This document shows positions 18,129 through 28,555 of a stretch of 64,000 nucleotides of DNA, one piece after another. The notes beneath the pieces are model-generated. The model was not told where the DNA came from. It saw only the letters and a list, made by a program, of their open reading frames with translations, and ran no database searches. Made by a program: the position numbers and the translations under genes. The DNA comes from Fibrobacteria bacterium (GTDB lineage: Bacteria; Fibrobacterota; Fibrobacteria; UBA11236). The stretch lies in the NCBI GenBank assembly GCA_041746255.1, contig JBGTHM010000032.1, positions 61,614 to 125,613 of the forward strand, read 5' to 3'. Every line of letters begins with the position of its first letter. Within the stretch, counting starts at the first letter, position 1.

Positions 18129-19268
18129 TCAAGACTTCGGTAATCCCAGGCAATTCCGTAAGGCGCTTGCCAAATCGTACCTCGCAATCCGGGGAAACCT
18201 TTCCGCCATGGCTTTTTCCAGTTTCGCCCTTACATCCTCCGAGCGCCATAGGGTTTCCAAGCCTGTGGACAAGGCTTCGGGATCGCCGCAATCCACTCCC
18301 AAGGCCAGCCCTTGCGCGAACTCCTCCTGGGCCGAACCGGCATGGTAAAGGGAGGGTGCTCCGTGCAAGAGCGCTTCGAATAGGGGATAACCCCAACCCT
18401 CGTAGAGGGAGCTGGAAATGAATACCCGGCAGTTACGGTAATAGTTTTTGAGATTGGATTCGGAGACATGGCCCGTCAGAAAAACCGAACCGGTCAGGCC
18501 CAGGTCGGCAATTTTGGCCGCGATTTCGGCATGGCCCCAAGCTTTGTTCCCCACCAGGTAAAGCGGAGGAACGCCCTTCTTTCTGGACCGTAATAGCGCA
18601 TAGGCAGAGATTAACCCTCCGAAATTTTTCCGCGGCTCGAGGTTACCTACGGCGAGAAAATAGGGAGCGTCGGGAAGATTGCTCCCCCCAACTTTTTTCG
18701 CCACACCGTTAAAATGGTGGGGGTGGATAGGACGTATAACTCGGATTGAGTTGCGAGGATACCTCAATAGGGATTCAATGCGACTGGCGGTGAATCGTGT
18801 ACTGGTTACCAAAACATCGGCCTGCGGCGCGCGATGGGCAAGCCACCTTCGGTTATACGGGTTGTGCAGGGACGCCCGGAATTGCAATGAGGGTTCCAGC
18901 GGACCCATGTCGGGAATCAGTTGCAGGTAACGGGGTCGTCGCGGACGAAACGGTGGGAGGGATTGACCCAGGCAGAATACCTGGTCGGGCTTGAAGCGGG
19001 TGATGGCCAGGGGAAATTGCAGCCAGGTGAAAAGTTTCCAGGAAAAAAAACGGGGGCGAAGCGTAATGCCGGGAAGGGATGGCGCATACCCTGGGGGCAA
19101 AATGAAAATGAAATCAGCTGCATCGGCCGAAGCCGCGAGAGCTTCCACGAACATGCGCACGTGTTTGCCCAGCCCCGAATCGTTTTTCGCCGCCAGGGCT
19201 TCCACCATTATACGTGGCCGCGAGGAACCCCGATCCTCGGATGCAGTAGGCTCCGGGTTGGTTTTCAT
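18129..19268 (-). CDS. Glycosyltransferase family 4
   Basis: AVGNLEPRKN, SLYEGWGYPLFEA (EX7E); ATGA overlap with upstream gene. Confidence 0.9.
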   Translation of the reverse strand: MKTNPEPTASEDRGSSRPRIMVEALAAKNDSGLGKHVRMFVEALAASADAADFIFILPPGYAPSLPGITLRPRFFSWKLFTWLQFPLAITRFKPDQVFCLGQSLPPFRPRRPRYLQLIPDMGPLEPSLQFRASLHNPYNRRWLAHRAPQADVLVTSTRFTASRIESLLRYPRNSIRVIRPIHPHHFNGVAKKVGGSNLPDAPYFLAVGNLEPRKNFGGLISAYALLRSRKKGVPPLYLVGNKAWGHAEIAAKIADLGLTGSVFLTGHVSESNLKNYYRNCRVFISSSLYEGWGYPLFEALLHGAPSLYHAGSAQEEFAQGLALGVDCGDPEALSTGLETLWRSEDVRAKLEKAMAERFPRIARYDLASALRNCLGLPKS

Positions 19269-20524
19269 GCCGGTACCACCCGGATCCGCAGCGCGCGCGC
19301 CCACACGCCTCCCAGCCAAAGCAGCAGCAAGGGCAACAAGGGATAGACGAAGCGGGCGTAGGAACTGACCAGGGAGAAAGCCACGAGGGATAGCGCCAGA
19401 ACTCCGACCAGGATGAGTATTTCCGCGGGGAAATGCCGCCAGCGTAGGAGAGTGGGAAAGAGGAGAAAAAGAGACAGAAAGAATGCAGGGAAATAGACCA
19501 AGCTCCAATTACCGGTGTTAAGACGGGAGTGGGAGCCTGGAAAGGTGGAAAAGGGAAAGTCCATGATAAGGCGGTTCAGGTTTGCCCTCCAATTGAGTAA
19601 GGCTTTGAGGGGATGGTTGCGGATATTCCGCACAGCCTCCCGAAGCAGCGCGGAGTTGTATTCCACGTGGTTGAGCTGGGACAGCGATGGCAGGTAGGCA
19701 CTTTGGCTTGGAAAGATTTCCGGATATTCGGAAACGATGTTGAGAGGAAAGATATCTCCCAATAGATTCGGCTCCGGAGCGGAAAGAGTGTAGAGTGCGG
19801 TTCCTCCGGAATTGGCCCAGTAGAATATCCTTCCCGTCAAAGCATAGGTATACAGTAGATATGGCAGGCAGAAAAGCAGTGCTCCAGCGAAGATGAATCC
19901 GGCGGAGGAAATCGCCCGGGTGGGTTGGAACACCCGCAGGCCCAAGCAAAGCGCCGCACATGCGACCAGCACATAACCGAAAAACACCTTAGTCAAAGCG
20001 AGATACCCGAAAAATGCGGCGGCTATCCATAGGTAAGAGACGCTTTCAGAAGACCTGCTGGCTCGGCAGAGAAAATAAGCCCCGCCCGAAATCAAAAAAT
20101 AGCAGATGGCTTCCGTCATCAGGAGTGGAAGCCAGGCTAATCCAAAAACTCCGGCGTAAAGGCTGAACACGGTTGTCAGGAGAAGGGCCGTTCGCGGCGG
20201 TAGATAAAAGGTCAGGGTACGGTATTGGAAAAATGCCGCGGCGGCCAGGAAGATGGCATTGCAGGCTTTGGCGAAAATTAAGGGGATGTTCCAGAAAACA
20301 AAGGGCGCGAGAAAAAGCGGGTAGCCCGGTCCATTCCAGATATAGAGCGTATCCGGCGGAGCGTAAAATCCGCGCAGCAGATTATGGGCATAATAAACAT
20401 AGCGTTCCTCGTCTTGGGCATAATGGCCTACGGCATTCGCAAGGATGTAAAGCAAGGCGGCAAGGAAAACTCCGACCGGGAGCAGATACCGGCCAAGGCG
20501 CGGGGGAAGTGAGGCATCGGGCAT
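19265..20524 (-). CDS. Integral membrane glycosyltransferase (GT-C, ArnT/GT39-like)
   Basis: QDE..Y..YA.NL, PGYPLFLA, MTE, LTK, final ARFVYP; about 11 TM segments. Confidence 0.72.
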   Translation of the reverse strand: MPDASLPPRLGRYLLPVGVFLAALLYILANAVGHYAQDEERYVYYAHNLLRGFYAPPDTLYIWNGPGYPLFLAPFVFWNIPLIFAKACNAIFLAAAAFFQYRTLTFYLPPRTALLLTTVFSLYAGVFGLAWLPLLMTEAICYFLISGGAYFLCRASRSSESVSYLWIAAAFFGYLALTKVFFGYVLVACAALCLGLRVFQPTRAISSAGFIFAGALLFCLPYLLYTYALTGRIFYWANSGGTALYTLSAPEPNLLGDIFPLNIVSEYPEIFPSQSAYLPSLSQLNHVEYNSALLREAVRNIRNHPLKALLNWRANLNRLIMDFPFSTFPGSHSRLNTGNWSLVYFPAFFLSLFLLFPTLLRWRHFPAEILILVGVLALSLVAFSLVSSYARFVYPLLPLLLLWLGGVWARALRIRVVPA

Positions 20525-20693
20525 TTCGGTCTTTTCCGCCTCCTTCAATTCAAGCACCCCGAAAACGGGGGTAGCCGCCTTTTCCGACCGGGGAAGCGCC
20601 AGGCTTCGAATCGCCGCCGGAGTAGGCGCCTTTTAGGATACTATATTGGGACGAAGGCTTGCATTACTCTCTCCAACGGATTCGCATCGACTT

Positions 20694-21914
20694 GTGATTT
20701 ACACCGCCGATCTTGTCGTTACTTTGGATGGCGCCCCCTTGGAGCGCGGTTTTCTGCGAGTGGAAAACGGCTTTATCACCGAGGTCGGAGTTCAAACCGA
20801 TCTGGTCGGATATGTCGGTATCCGGCGTGATTTGGGAGACGCGGTTCTGCTCCCCGGGCTTATCAACTCACATTGCCATTTAGAGTTGGGCATGGCCCGG
20901 AATTTTGCCCAACCGGGAGTCTCCTTTACCCTTTGGGTGGCGCGCCTCCGGAATTTCCTGGAAGGGCGTGCTGCGGCTGAATATGGTATCGCCGCTCGCC
21001 TGGGCGCCTTGGAATGCCTGAAAAATGGTATCACCACCGTGGTGGACGTGGGGAATACCGGCCATGCGCTAGAGGCGCTGTCGCGGGTTCCCTTGCGCTC
21101 CTTCGCCCATGTCGAAGTGCTGGGATTGAATCCGGCGGAGGCTTTGGAAAGATTGGAAAAGGCCCGAGTCCTGCTTGCGCGGGATTTTCCCGATCACTGT
21201 CGCGTAGGTCTTGCGCCGCACGCACCCTATTCCTGTTCGCATCAATTGTTGCTCGCCCTGATCGCTGATGCCCGGACGGAAGGAGGAAGCGGGATTTTCA
21301 CCATGCACGTGGCTGAAAGCGCGGAAGAGGATGAATTTTTTCGGCGGGGGAGCGGGGCGTTACGGGATTTTTGCGAACGGATTTTTCCCGGCTTACCACC
21401 GTCGTCCGCCTGCGGAAGCGTGCGCCACCTCCTTGATAACGGATTGTTGCCTGCAGGCGCCTTGTTGGCGCATTGCAATACCCTGGATGGCGGCGATATC
21501 GCCGCGTTGCGTGACTTGGATGTTTCCATCGTCCATTGCCCGAAAAGCCATGCGTATTTTAAACATCCGGAATTTCCGCTGGAGAAATGCCTGGCTGCGG
21601 GAATCAACGTGTGCCTGGGAACGGATAGCCTGGCTTCTAACGACACGCTGAACCTATTCGATGAAATGGCGGAATTGCACGCGCTGCACCCGGAAATTCC
21701 TGCCCTGGAAATTGTGGCTATGGCCACGGTGAATGCCGCCAGGGCCCTGAATCTTTCCGATTTTCTCGGGCGCCTGAAGACAGGATTTCGGGCGGATTTC
21801 ATCGCGTTGCGGCCTGGAGCTTCCGCAGGAGATAATGTCTATGCGGAGCTGGTTTCCGAGGAAAGGGAGGTTATGCTGGTGGTAATCGGAGGGGAGGAGG
21901 TTATCTGTGAATAG
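20694..21914 (+). CDS. Amidohydrolase family metal-dependent deaminase (MtaD/aminodeoxyfutalosine deaminase-like)
   Basis: PGLINSHCHLE, APHAPYS, HVAES, HCPKS, GTDS. Confidence 0.85.
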   Translation: MIYTADLVVTLDGAPLERGFLRVENGFITEVGVQTDLVGYVGIRRDLGDAVLLPGLINSHCHLELGMARNFAQPGVSFTLWVARLRNFLEGRAAAEYGIAARLGALECLKNGITTVVDVGNTGHALEALSRVPLRSFAHVEVLGLNPAEALERLEKARVLLARDFPDHCRVGLAPHAPYSCSHQLLLALIADARTEGGSGIFTMHVAESAEEDEFFRRGSGALRDFCERIFPGLPPSSACGSVRHLLDNGLLPAGALLAHCNTLDGGDIAALRDLDVSIVHCPKSHAYFKHPEFPLEKCLAAGINVCLGTDSLASNDTLNLFDEMAELHALHPEIPALEIVAMATVNAARALNLSDFLGRLKTGFRADFIALRPGASAGDNVYAELVSEEREVMLVVIGGEEVICE

Positions 21915-21936
21915 ATTCCCTTGTAATTTAGGCGCT

Positions 21937-23190
21937 ATGCGTTTTCCGGTCTCTATCCTATTGCTGGCGCTGTCCATTGTAAGAGCCGACATGCTGCTCA
22001 TTCCCATGGACTTGACCCAGACCAATCATTTGAAGGCCTATGGCGCGGCTTACCGGGCCGTGAACGGGGGCCTGACGGTGGAGTGGCTTCTCAATTACCG
22101 CGGCGGGAGCTTCCTCATGCCGCCTACTACGGAGCTGCGTTTGTGGGCCGCCGAACGGGGCATCCTCTTCGAGGTCATCGGCGACAGTCGGGTCGACGCC
22201 CTATTCACGGAGATGGAGGCCTCCAATATGGAGCGGGTAATTCTTGAGAAGGCTCCGCAAATCGCGGTTTACACTCCGCTGACGAAACAACCTTGGGACG
22301 ATGCGGTAACCTTGGCCTTGAGTTATGCCGAAATTCCTTATTCCAAGATTTACGACCGAGAAATTCTGGAAGGCGAATTGGGCCGCTACGATTGGTTGCA
22401 TTTGCATCACGAAGATTTCACCGGCCAGAACTCCAAGTTTCACGCGGCTTTCAGTAATGCACCGTGGTATATCAATCAATCGGCGACCAATCAACGTCAA
22501 GCCGAAGAGTTGGGCCTGCGAAACAACGTGCAGTTGAAAAAGGCGGTGGTACTGGCCTTGCGCGATTATGTGGAAAATGGCGGGTTCCTTTTCGCCATGT
22601 GTCTGGCTTGCACGACTTTGGACATCGCCTTGAGCACGGTTAAAACGGATGCCGTGGGGGCCATTTTCGACGGGACTCCGCCGGCTCCCGATTTTCGCGA
22701 CAAAATGGATTACAGTCTCGCGCTGGCTTTCGAGAATTTCGACGTGGATCCCGATCCCATGTCGTCGACGCATGGCGATCTCGATTACAATCAAGTGAAC
22801 GCGGGTCCCTTATTGCGGCGGCCCGCCAATGATTTCATACTGTTCGATTTTTCGCCCAAATACGATCCGGTGCCCTCCATGCTGGTCCAGAATCACACCG
22901 ATCACGTGAAAGGTTTTTTCGGCCTGGCCACCTCTTTTCGCAAAAAATACGTCAAGAGTTCCATGACCATTTTGGCGGAGGTTGATGGCCAGGACGCGGT
23001 GCGGTACCTGCACGGCAATCTGGGCCGGGGACAATTCACGTACTATGGCGGACACGATCCGGAGGATTACTCCCATGCGGTGGGAGATGCCCCCACGGAT
23101 CTCGATTTGCACCGGAATTCTCCGGGCTATCGCCTTATTCTCAATAACGTACTCTATCCCGCCGCCCGCAAGCAGAAGCGCAAGACTTGA
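21937..23190 (+). CDS. Secreted class-I GATase-like fold protein (Bacteroidota family often labelled 'asparagine synthetase B')
   Basis: Signal peptide; LIPMD..QTNHLKAYG, WLLNYRGGSF, PWDDAVTLAL, DWLHLHHEDFTGQ, GGHDPEDY, SPGYRLILNNVL. Confidence 0.75.
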   Translation: MRFPVSILLLALSIVRADMLLIPMDLTQTNHLKAYGAAYRAVNGGLTVEWLLNYRGGSFLMPPTTELRLWAAERGILFEVIGDSRVDALFTEMEASNMERVILEKAPQIAVYTPLTKQPWDDAVTLALSYAEIPYSKIYDREILEGELGRYDWLHLHHEDFTGQNSKFHAAFSNAPWYINQSATNQRQAEELGLRNNVQLKKAVVLALRDYVENGGFLFAMCLACTTLDIALSTVKTDAVGAIFDGTPPAPDFRDKMDYSLALAFENFDVDPDPMSSTHGDLDYNQVNAGPLLRRPANDFILFDFSPKYDPVPSMLVQNHTDHVKGFFGLATSFRKKYVKSSMTILAEVDGQDAVRYLHGNLGRGQFTYYGGHDPEDYSHAVGDAPTDLDLHRNSPGYRLILNNVLYPAARKQKRKT

Positions 23191-23202
23191 CATGGGCGCG
23201 CC

Positions 23203-24240
23203 ATGAGCCAGGACCTGCGCAGTCTTTTGGCCGATTTTTTCGCGGGCGAGGAGTGCGTACTCGAATGGGGGGTAGCACCGGCGGAACCCCCTCCGCACGC
23301 CGATTTGCTGCGCGCTTGGGTGGGGGAAGGCAAGCATGCGGGCATGGGCTATATGGCTACGGCCCTGGAGGAGCGCTGCGATCCCCGGATTCGCTACCCC
23401 TGGGCCCGCTCCATCGTGATGTTCAGTCTTGCTTACCCCGACGCCTGGCCTACGCAAGACGAGGGGCTTCCGTATCAAGTCGCGGCCTATGCACGGGGGA
23501 AAGATTACCATGCGGTGGCGCGGGGTGTGCTGACCCGGTGCGAAGGGCGTATTCGCGAGGCCTGGCGGAATACCTTGCAGTTCGCCGGGTTTGTCGATAC
23601 CGCGCCGGTATTCGAGAGGGACTTGGCCGCAGAGGCGGGATTGGGATGGCGCGGCAAGAATTGCTGCACCTTGAGCCGCACCCAGGGATCCGGTTTCTGC
23701 CTGGCGGGATTTTTCCTCGATCAATATCTGGAAACGGCGGCGCCCTTGCAGGAATTTTGTGGAGGATGCACTCGCTGCATCGATAGCTGCCCCACCGAAG
23801 CGTTTTCAGCTCCAGGCCGTCTGGATGCCGCAAAGTGCATTTCCTATTGGACCATTGAGCATAAGGGAGCCGTGCCTCCAGAGCTTTCCCATCGCTTCGG
23901 AGACTGGATTTTCGGCTGCGATATTTGCCAGAGCGTTTGCCCGTGGAATCATAAACACCGCGCTCCCCGGCAAAAGGACGATGCTTATTCCTTGAGCGGT
24001 CCGGAATGGGCGCGGCTGCTTCGCAAGGGAGGCGGGTTTCAATCCCGTTTCAAGCAGAGTCCGCTCACGCGCGCCGGACGGAAATCGTTGCTTCGTAACC
24101 TGGCGATAGCCGCACGCAATCGGGGGGATGTCGAGATGGTGGATCCGTTGCGCGAAGCTTTGTCGGATGAAACGGACGAATCGCTTCGGCTGGAGTTGGA
24201 ATCCACCTTGCGCACGCTGGATTCAGGTTCCCTTCCTTAG
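23203..24240 (+). CDS. queG: Epoxyqueuosine reductase
   Basis: YARGKDYH, VDTAPVFER, AGLGWRGKN, CGGCTRCIDSCPT, CISYWTIE, FGCDICQSVCPWN. Confidence 0.93.
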   Translation: MSQDLRSLLADFFAGEECVLEWGVAPAEPPPHADLLRAWVGEGKHAGMGYMATALEERCDPRIRYPWARSIVMFSLAYPDAWPTQDEGLPYQVAAYARGKDYHAVARGVLTRCEGRIREAWRNTLQFAGFVDTAPVFERDLAAEAGLGWRGKNCCTLSRTQGSGFCLAGFFLDQYLETAAPLQEFCGGCTRCIDSCPTEAFSAPGRLDAAKCISYWTIEHKGAVPPELSHRFGDWIFGCDICQSVCPWNHKHRAPRQKDDAYSLSGPEWARLLRKGGGFQSRFKQSPLTRAGRKSLLRNLAIAARNRGDVEMVDPLREALSDETDESLRLELESTLRTLDSGSLP

Positions 24241-24249
24241 CGTATCGCC

Positions 24250-25368
24250 CTATTTGACGGGAATTTTGGGAACATAGGTGAGGATATCGTCGCCTCCGCT
24301 TTCTTTCACGCTGTACATGGCTTTGTCCGCCTGGCGGATGAATTCCTTGAGCGCGTCGTCTTGCGATTCGAGGTTGGGGTCGTATTGCGAAATACCGATT
24401 GAGAGCGAGGTCGGTTTCAAGGCATGCTTGCGGTACAAGGTCAATATCCGCTCGCAAATCGCCTGGCCTCCCTCGGCGGTGGTATCCGGAAGCACCAACA
24501 CGAATTCGTCTCCGCCGTAACGGTAGGCGGTATCCATGTCCGAACGTAACTCGGCGTTGAAAATATGGCCCAGGGTGACCAGCAGTTGATCGCCTGCCTG
24601 ATGTCCCTTGGTGTCATTGTATTCCTTGAAATGATCGATGTCTATCAGCACTATGGTCAGCGGCCGGTCGGGAAAGCGCTTTTGCGCCTTCATCAAGCGG
24701 CCCAGCTCCGCGTTGAGATGCCTTACATTGAACAGGCCGGTAAGGGCGTCGGTCATGGAAAGCCGAAGTAATTGCTCGTTCTTCTCCTGGAGCTGGCGCT
24801 CCAAGTGCCGCCTGTTGGTCACATTGCTGCAATTGAAGACTTCTCCGATAACCTCCTCTTCCCGCTTGAGCATACGCTTGACGCTTACCGAAAGCCAAAC
24901 CTCATTTCCCTCTTGGGGAGATTTCACTTTTATTTCTGCGGCCTCCGCTGAACCCGTGGCCTCGACCTTCCGCAACAATTCATCCACTTCCTCCGGATGG
25001 GCGAACAGCGACTGGACTTCCTTGCCTACCACTTCCGACTGGGATGAACCAAAGGTCTGTTCGGAACCGCGGTTGAATTTCAGAATGCGATGATCGGTGT
25101 CGGTGGTGAAGATGATGTTTCCGGAATTGGTGATGACCGCTTCGAAATACCACGCCTTGGTTTCCAGACGCCGTTGCTTGAGTTCCAATACCTTTAAAAC
25201 TTCGGTTTTTTCGCGTAACTGGCGATGCAGCAAAACCAGCAGGGCCGATAGCAACAGGGCCAAGCCATAAGCGGGCGATTGGTCCGATCTTACACCGTAG
25301 GTGAAAAGGGCGAGCATCCCCACGAGGAGGCTAGCGTGGCCAATCGTGACCCAACTTCCTGTTTGCAT
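24250..25368 (-). CDS. Membrane-anchored PAS-GGDEF diguanylate cyclase
   Basis: Two N-terminal TMs, PAS (FNRGSEQTFG), DALTGLFN, DIDHFKEYND, RYGGDEF. Confidence 0.92.
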   Translation of the reverse strand: MQTGSWVTIGHASLLVGMLALFTYGVRSDQSPAYGLALLLSALLVLLHRQLREKTEVLKVLELKQRRLETKAWYFEAVITNSGNIIFTTDTDHRILKFNRGSEQTFGSSQSEVVGKEVQSLFAHPEEVDELLRKVEATGSAEAAEIKVKSPQEGNEVWLSVSVKRMLKREEEVIGEVFNCSNVTNRRHLERQLQEKNEQLLRLSMTDALTGLFNVRHLNAELGRLMKAQKRFPDRPLTIVLIDIDHFKEYNDTKGHQAGDQLLVTLGHIFNAELRSDMDTAYRYGGDEFVLVLPDTTAEGGQAICERILTLYRKHALKPTSLSIGISQYDPNLESQDDALKEFIRQADKAMYSVKESGGDDILTYVPKIPVK

Positions 25369-25436
25369 TATTTGTGATATACCTTTGGGTGAATTCTATC
25401 CAATTAATCCAGCTCAAGCAACTACAGAAACGGCAC

Positions 25437-26930
25437 TTAACCAAAATAATCTTGGATTTCGCTGATTGCCTGGTGGAGTCGCATTTTACGTAAGTTGAGA
25501 AATTCATCCAAAGGTAAAGTATTCAGTCCGTTGATGGCAATGCGATAGGCTTCCCAGATAATGTTGTTCGCATGTCGGAGGGAAAAATCGGCTTCCAATT
25601 GTTCCACGCGTTGCAAATGGAGTGCATTGGGCTGGAGGCGGGCTGATTCCAGTGCGGAAAGGAGCTCTGTGGCCCCCGTATTCCAGGGAGAGGGTGAAAT
25701 GGGTGGGTAAGCCGGAGGCTGCAGGGAGGAAGATGCAAGGGAGGGAGCAAAAAGGGGGAGACGTCTTCCGGATCCCTGTTGGTAGGGGTGGGGGTTATGC
25801 TGGGGGTCTCGGAGGATTTGGGCCTGCAGGCCATCGTCCCAAGTCGTTTCCCATAAAGGGATTTTTGTGGGAATTCGCCCACGTAAAATCAAACCCGCTA
25901 CCGTTTCGGAGGTGATTTCAGCCAGGCTTGGGCTAGGATCCGATAAGGCCAGTTTGGGAGTATGGGGCGGCTGGATTTGCAAGATGAAATGCCCTGGACC
26001 GTAGGGACCCGTTTCGATGGGATTGGAAGCTCCGAAAAGCGCGATGCAGCGCTTACCGGTCAACGCGGCCAAATGCATGGTCAAGGTATCGCCGCTTACC
26101 ACCAGACTACTGCTGCGAACCCGTTCCGGCATGTCACGCAGGCGAGTGCAGCCAACTTGGTTATCCACCCGTGGGCGGGTGGATTCAGGAAGGTCATGCA
26201 TAATCAATTCGGCAAGCGTCTTTTCCTCGGGGGCGCCGGTGAGAACCAGGGTGTGACCCGCTTCAACCAGTAAGTGAGCCAAACGAACCCAATGAGGCGC
26301 CGGCCAGCGTTTCCCCGGCCATGCGGAACCCGGATGCAGGAGGATGGGTAGGTCATTTGCCGGTAGGGGGTTAAGGCCGACTTCAGGGTTGGGCGTATAG
26401 GCGCTAAGATGCAGGGGAGCGGCTCCAGGCGGCAAGTCTTGCCGTAAGGCGACAATACAGGCCCGGACATAAATATCCACGGCATGCCAGGGATTCTGCG
26501 GCCTTGCGGCTGGTATGGCGAAGAGATGCTCCAGAGCCCGGGAAACAACGCGCATGGGCCCCCGGTCGTCTAGTTGCAGCCCAATTTTGGAGCGGGCCTT
26601 TACCAGGGATTGTAAAACTCCGCCGAAATTCTCCTGGAATAGGTTAACGGATAAATCATAGGTCTCAGTCTGCAATTCCTTGATCCATGAGGTCAAATCC
26701 GCTAACAACCCGGAGTAATCCTCTTGCGATAAAGCTTGGTTGAGGGCGGCACGGGGCAGCACATGGACCCGGTTTAGTGCGGGATGGCCTTCGACCAATT
26801 CGCAGGTTTCGTCCGCGGCAAGATAATCGATGTCGATGGCCGGAAAATGGTGTTTTAGACGTTCCGCCGTGATTAACCCCATAACCACGTCTCCCGGATT
26901 ATGGGGTAGGATAAGGAGCACCCGCTTCAC
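25437..26930 (-). CDS. Glycosyltransferase family 9 (heptosyltransferase-like) with C-terminal extension
   Basis: PGDVV, HPGSAWPGKRWP, SGDT..MHLAA, LFG. Confidence 0.85.
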   Translation of the reverse strand: MKRVLLILPHNPGDVVMGLITAERLKHHFPAIDIDYLAADETCELVEGHPALNRVHVLPRAALNQALSQEDYSGLLADLTSWIKELQTETYDLSVNLFQENFGGVLQSLVKARSKIGLQLDDRGPMRVVSRALEHLFAIPAARPQNPWHAVDIYVRACIVALRQDLPPGAAPLHLSAYTPNPEVGLNPLPANDLPILLHPGSAWPGKRWPAPHWVRLAHLLVEAGHTLVLTGAPEEKTLAELIMHDLPESTRPRVDNQVGCTRLRDMPERVRSSSLVVSGDTLTMHLAALTGKRCIALFGASNPIETGPYGPGHFILQIQPPHTPKLALSDPSPSLAEITSETVAGLILRGRIPTKIPLWETTWDDGLQAQILRDPQHNPHPYQQGSGRRLPLFAPSLASSSLQPPAYPPISPSPWNTGATELLSALESARLQPNALHLQRVEQLEADFSLRHANNIIWEAYRIAINGLNTLPLDEFLNLRKMRLHQAISEIQDYFG

Positions 26931-27079
26931 TGGTCGGTATAGCCTTGCTCAAGCCGGGTTTGCTTGCGGGTAATAAAATAGGCGAGAAGCAGGATTTTAT
27001 CCTCTTCGGTCAAAAGATCTTCCCTTTTCCGTTTTTCGGATACAGCTTCCGCCATACGCTTGAAGCGGGCTTTATCCAT
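26927..27079 (-). CDS. Small hypothetical protein (50 aa)
   Basis: MDKARFKRMAEAV...; stop overlaps the GT9 start codon (GTGA). Confidence 0.5.
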   Translation of the reverse strand: MDKARFKRMAEAVSEKRKREDLLTEEDKILLLAYFITRKQTRLEQGYTDQ

Positions 27080-27159
27080 GGTTATAAGGTTCCCATTTAA
27101 TTTCTGGAAAAGGCAAGTTTTCATGGAAAGAACCGGGGAGACAGGTTATTTTTTCCCTC

Positions 27160-27366
27160 ATGCCGAAGTATGCCATCGCTTTTGTGAGTCCCGATTCGTC
27201 CATTGTACATCGAGTCGTGGAAATGGATTCCCGCGAATCCGCCTTGCAGTTTTTTTTCCAGCAATTCGTGTCCCAAGGGTATACCCAGGATGCGGAGGGA
27301 TTGAACTATTTCATGGAAGATTTTTTCGACCCTGAATGTCCCATGGGAAGTGTCCTGGAGATTTAA
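27160..27366 (+). CDS. Small hypothetical protein (68 aa)
   Basis: Fills an intergenic gap, globular-looking composition, TATTTT 7 nt before ATG. Confidence 0.6.
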   Translation: MPKYAIAFVSPDSSIVHRVVEMDSRESALQFFFQQFVSQGYTQDAEGLNYFMEDFFDPECPMGSVLEI

Positions 27367-27508
27367 GGGCGAAAAGGACGCGCGTTCTCATCAATTCTTG
27401 ATTCAGACGCATCTCACCGGCATCACTTCAGCGTCGTCCACACCGAAATAAATCACGCTGCGAGGGAGCCGCCCCGGTTTATTCTGTTCTAAATTGGAGG
27501 GAAGCGAC

Positions 27509-28555
27509 ATGCATACGAAAAAATTGTCTGTTGGCGTGGTCATGGGCGGGATCTCCTCCGAACATTCCGTCTCCCTGGTTTCAGGGTGCGGGATGTTCAC
27601 GCATATGGACAGAACCCTTTTTCGACCTTTCCCCATTCTTATCAGCCGCGATAACCAATGGATTTGGCCGGCAGCCCTGGAAGAATATGCGAATGACAAG
27701 TTGACCTCCAGCATGGCTGAAGCCTTGATCAGTGACCCTCCTGAGGATTGGATAAAGGTCGAGTTTCCTGCTTTCTCCCACTTTCCCCACTGCGATATTC
27801 TGTTCCTGGGCCTGCATGGTGTGGGTGGCGAAGACGGCCGTCTACAAGGCTTTTTGGAACTGGCGGGCCAACGTTATACCGGGAGTGATAGTCGGGGGTG
27901 CATTCTCGCCATGGATAAGATTCTCGCCAAGCAAACCTACCTGGCCAATGGAATACCTACCGCGCCTTTTATCATTATCCATCGCGCCGAGTATGCTTCC
28001 GCCTCCATGCTTGACCGGCTGAAAAAGAGCCTGGGCTTTCCGATAGTCGTTAAAGACCCACTGGGCGGCTCCAGTTTAGGCATGGGCATAGCCCATACCC
28101 GCGAGGAACTCGCGGCTCTGATAGCCAAGCTGGGGGAGCATTCGCATCGGCTGCTGGCCGAAAAGTTCATCAAAGGCCGTGAAGCGACTTGCGGAGTCTT
28201 GTCGAATGGTCCCCGTTTACCCCCTACCGAAATTAGGCCAAAAGAAGACAGCTTTTTCAACTTTGAGGCCAAATATGTTTCCGGGCGTACGGAGGAAATC
28301 ACTCCCGCAACCTTCGCTCCCGCCATCAATACACGTCTACAGGAGCTGGCGCTTCGCTGCCATGAGGCGCTGCAATTGTCGGTATATAGTCGCACGGATT
28401 TCATTGTGGCCGACAAGGAGGTATTTGTTTTGGAAACCAACAACCTTCCCGGTTTCACGCCCACCTCCTTTCTACCCCAGCAAGGCGCAGTGGCCGGCCT
28501 GGACTATACGCAATTGCTCACCCTCATTCTGGAAGAAAGTATGATCCGGCCATGA
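27509..28555 (+). CDS. ddl: D-alanine--D-alanine ligase
   Basis: GGISSEHSVSL, LHGVGGEDG, MDK, GSSLG, FEAKY, ETNNLPG; GGAGG SD. Confidence 0.93.
   Translation: MHTKKLSVGVVMGGISSEHSVSLVSGCGMFTHMDRTLFRPFPILISRDNQWIWPAALEEYANDKLTSSMAEALISDPPEDWIKVEFPAFSHFPHCDILFLGLHGVGGEDGRLQGFLELAGQRYTGSDSRGCILAMDKILAKQTYLANGIPTAPFIIIHRAEYASASMLDRLKKSLGFPIVVKDPLGGSSLGMGIAHTREELAALIAKLGEHSHRLLAEKFIKGREATCGVLSNGPRLPPTEIRPKEDSFFNFEAKYVSGRTEEITPATFAPAINTRLQELALRCHEALQLSVYSRTDFIVADKEVFVLETNNLPGFTPTSFLPQQGAVAGLDYTQLLTLILEESMIRP

Noticed and set aside
27509..28555. Possible D-Ala-D-Lac (Van-type) ligase
   Set aside because: Omega loop FNFEAKY keeps the Tyr typical of D-Ala-D-Ala ligases; housekeeping context
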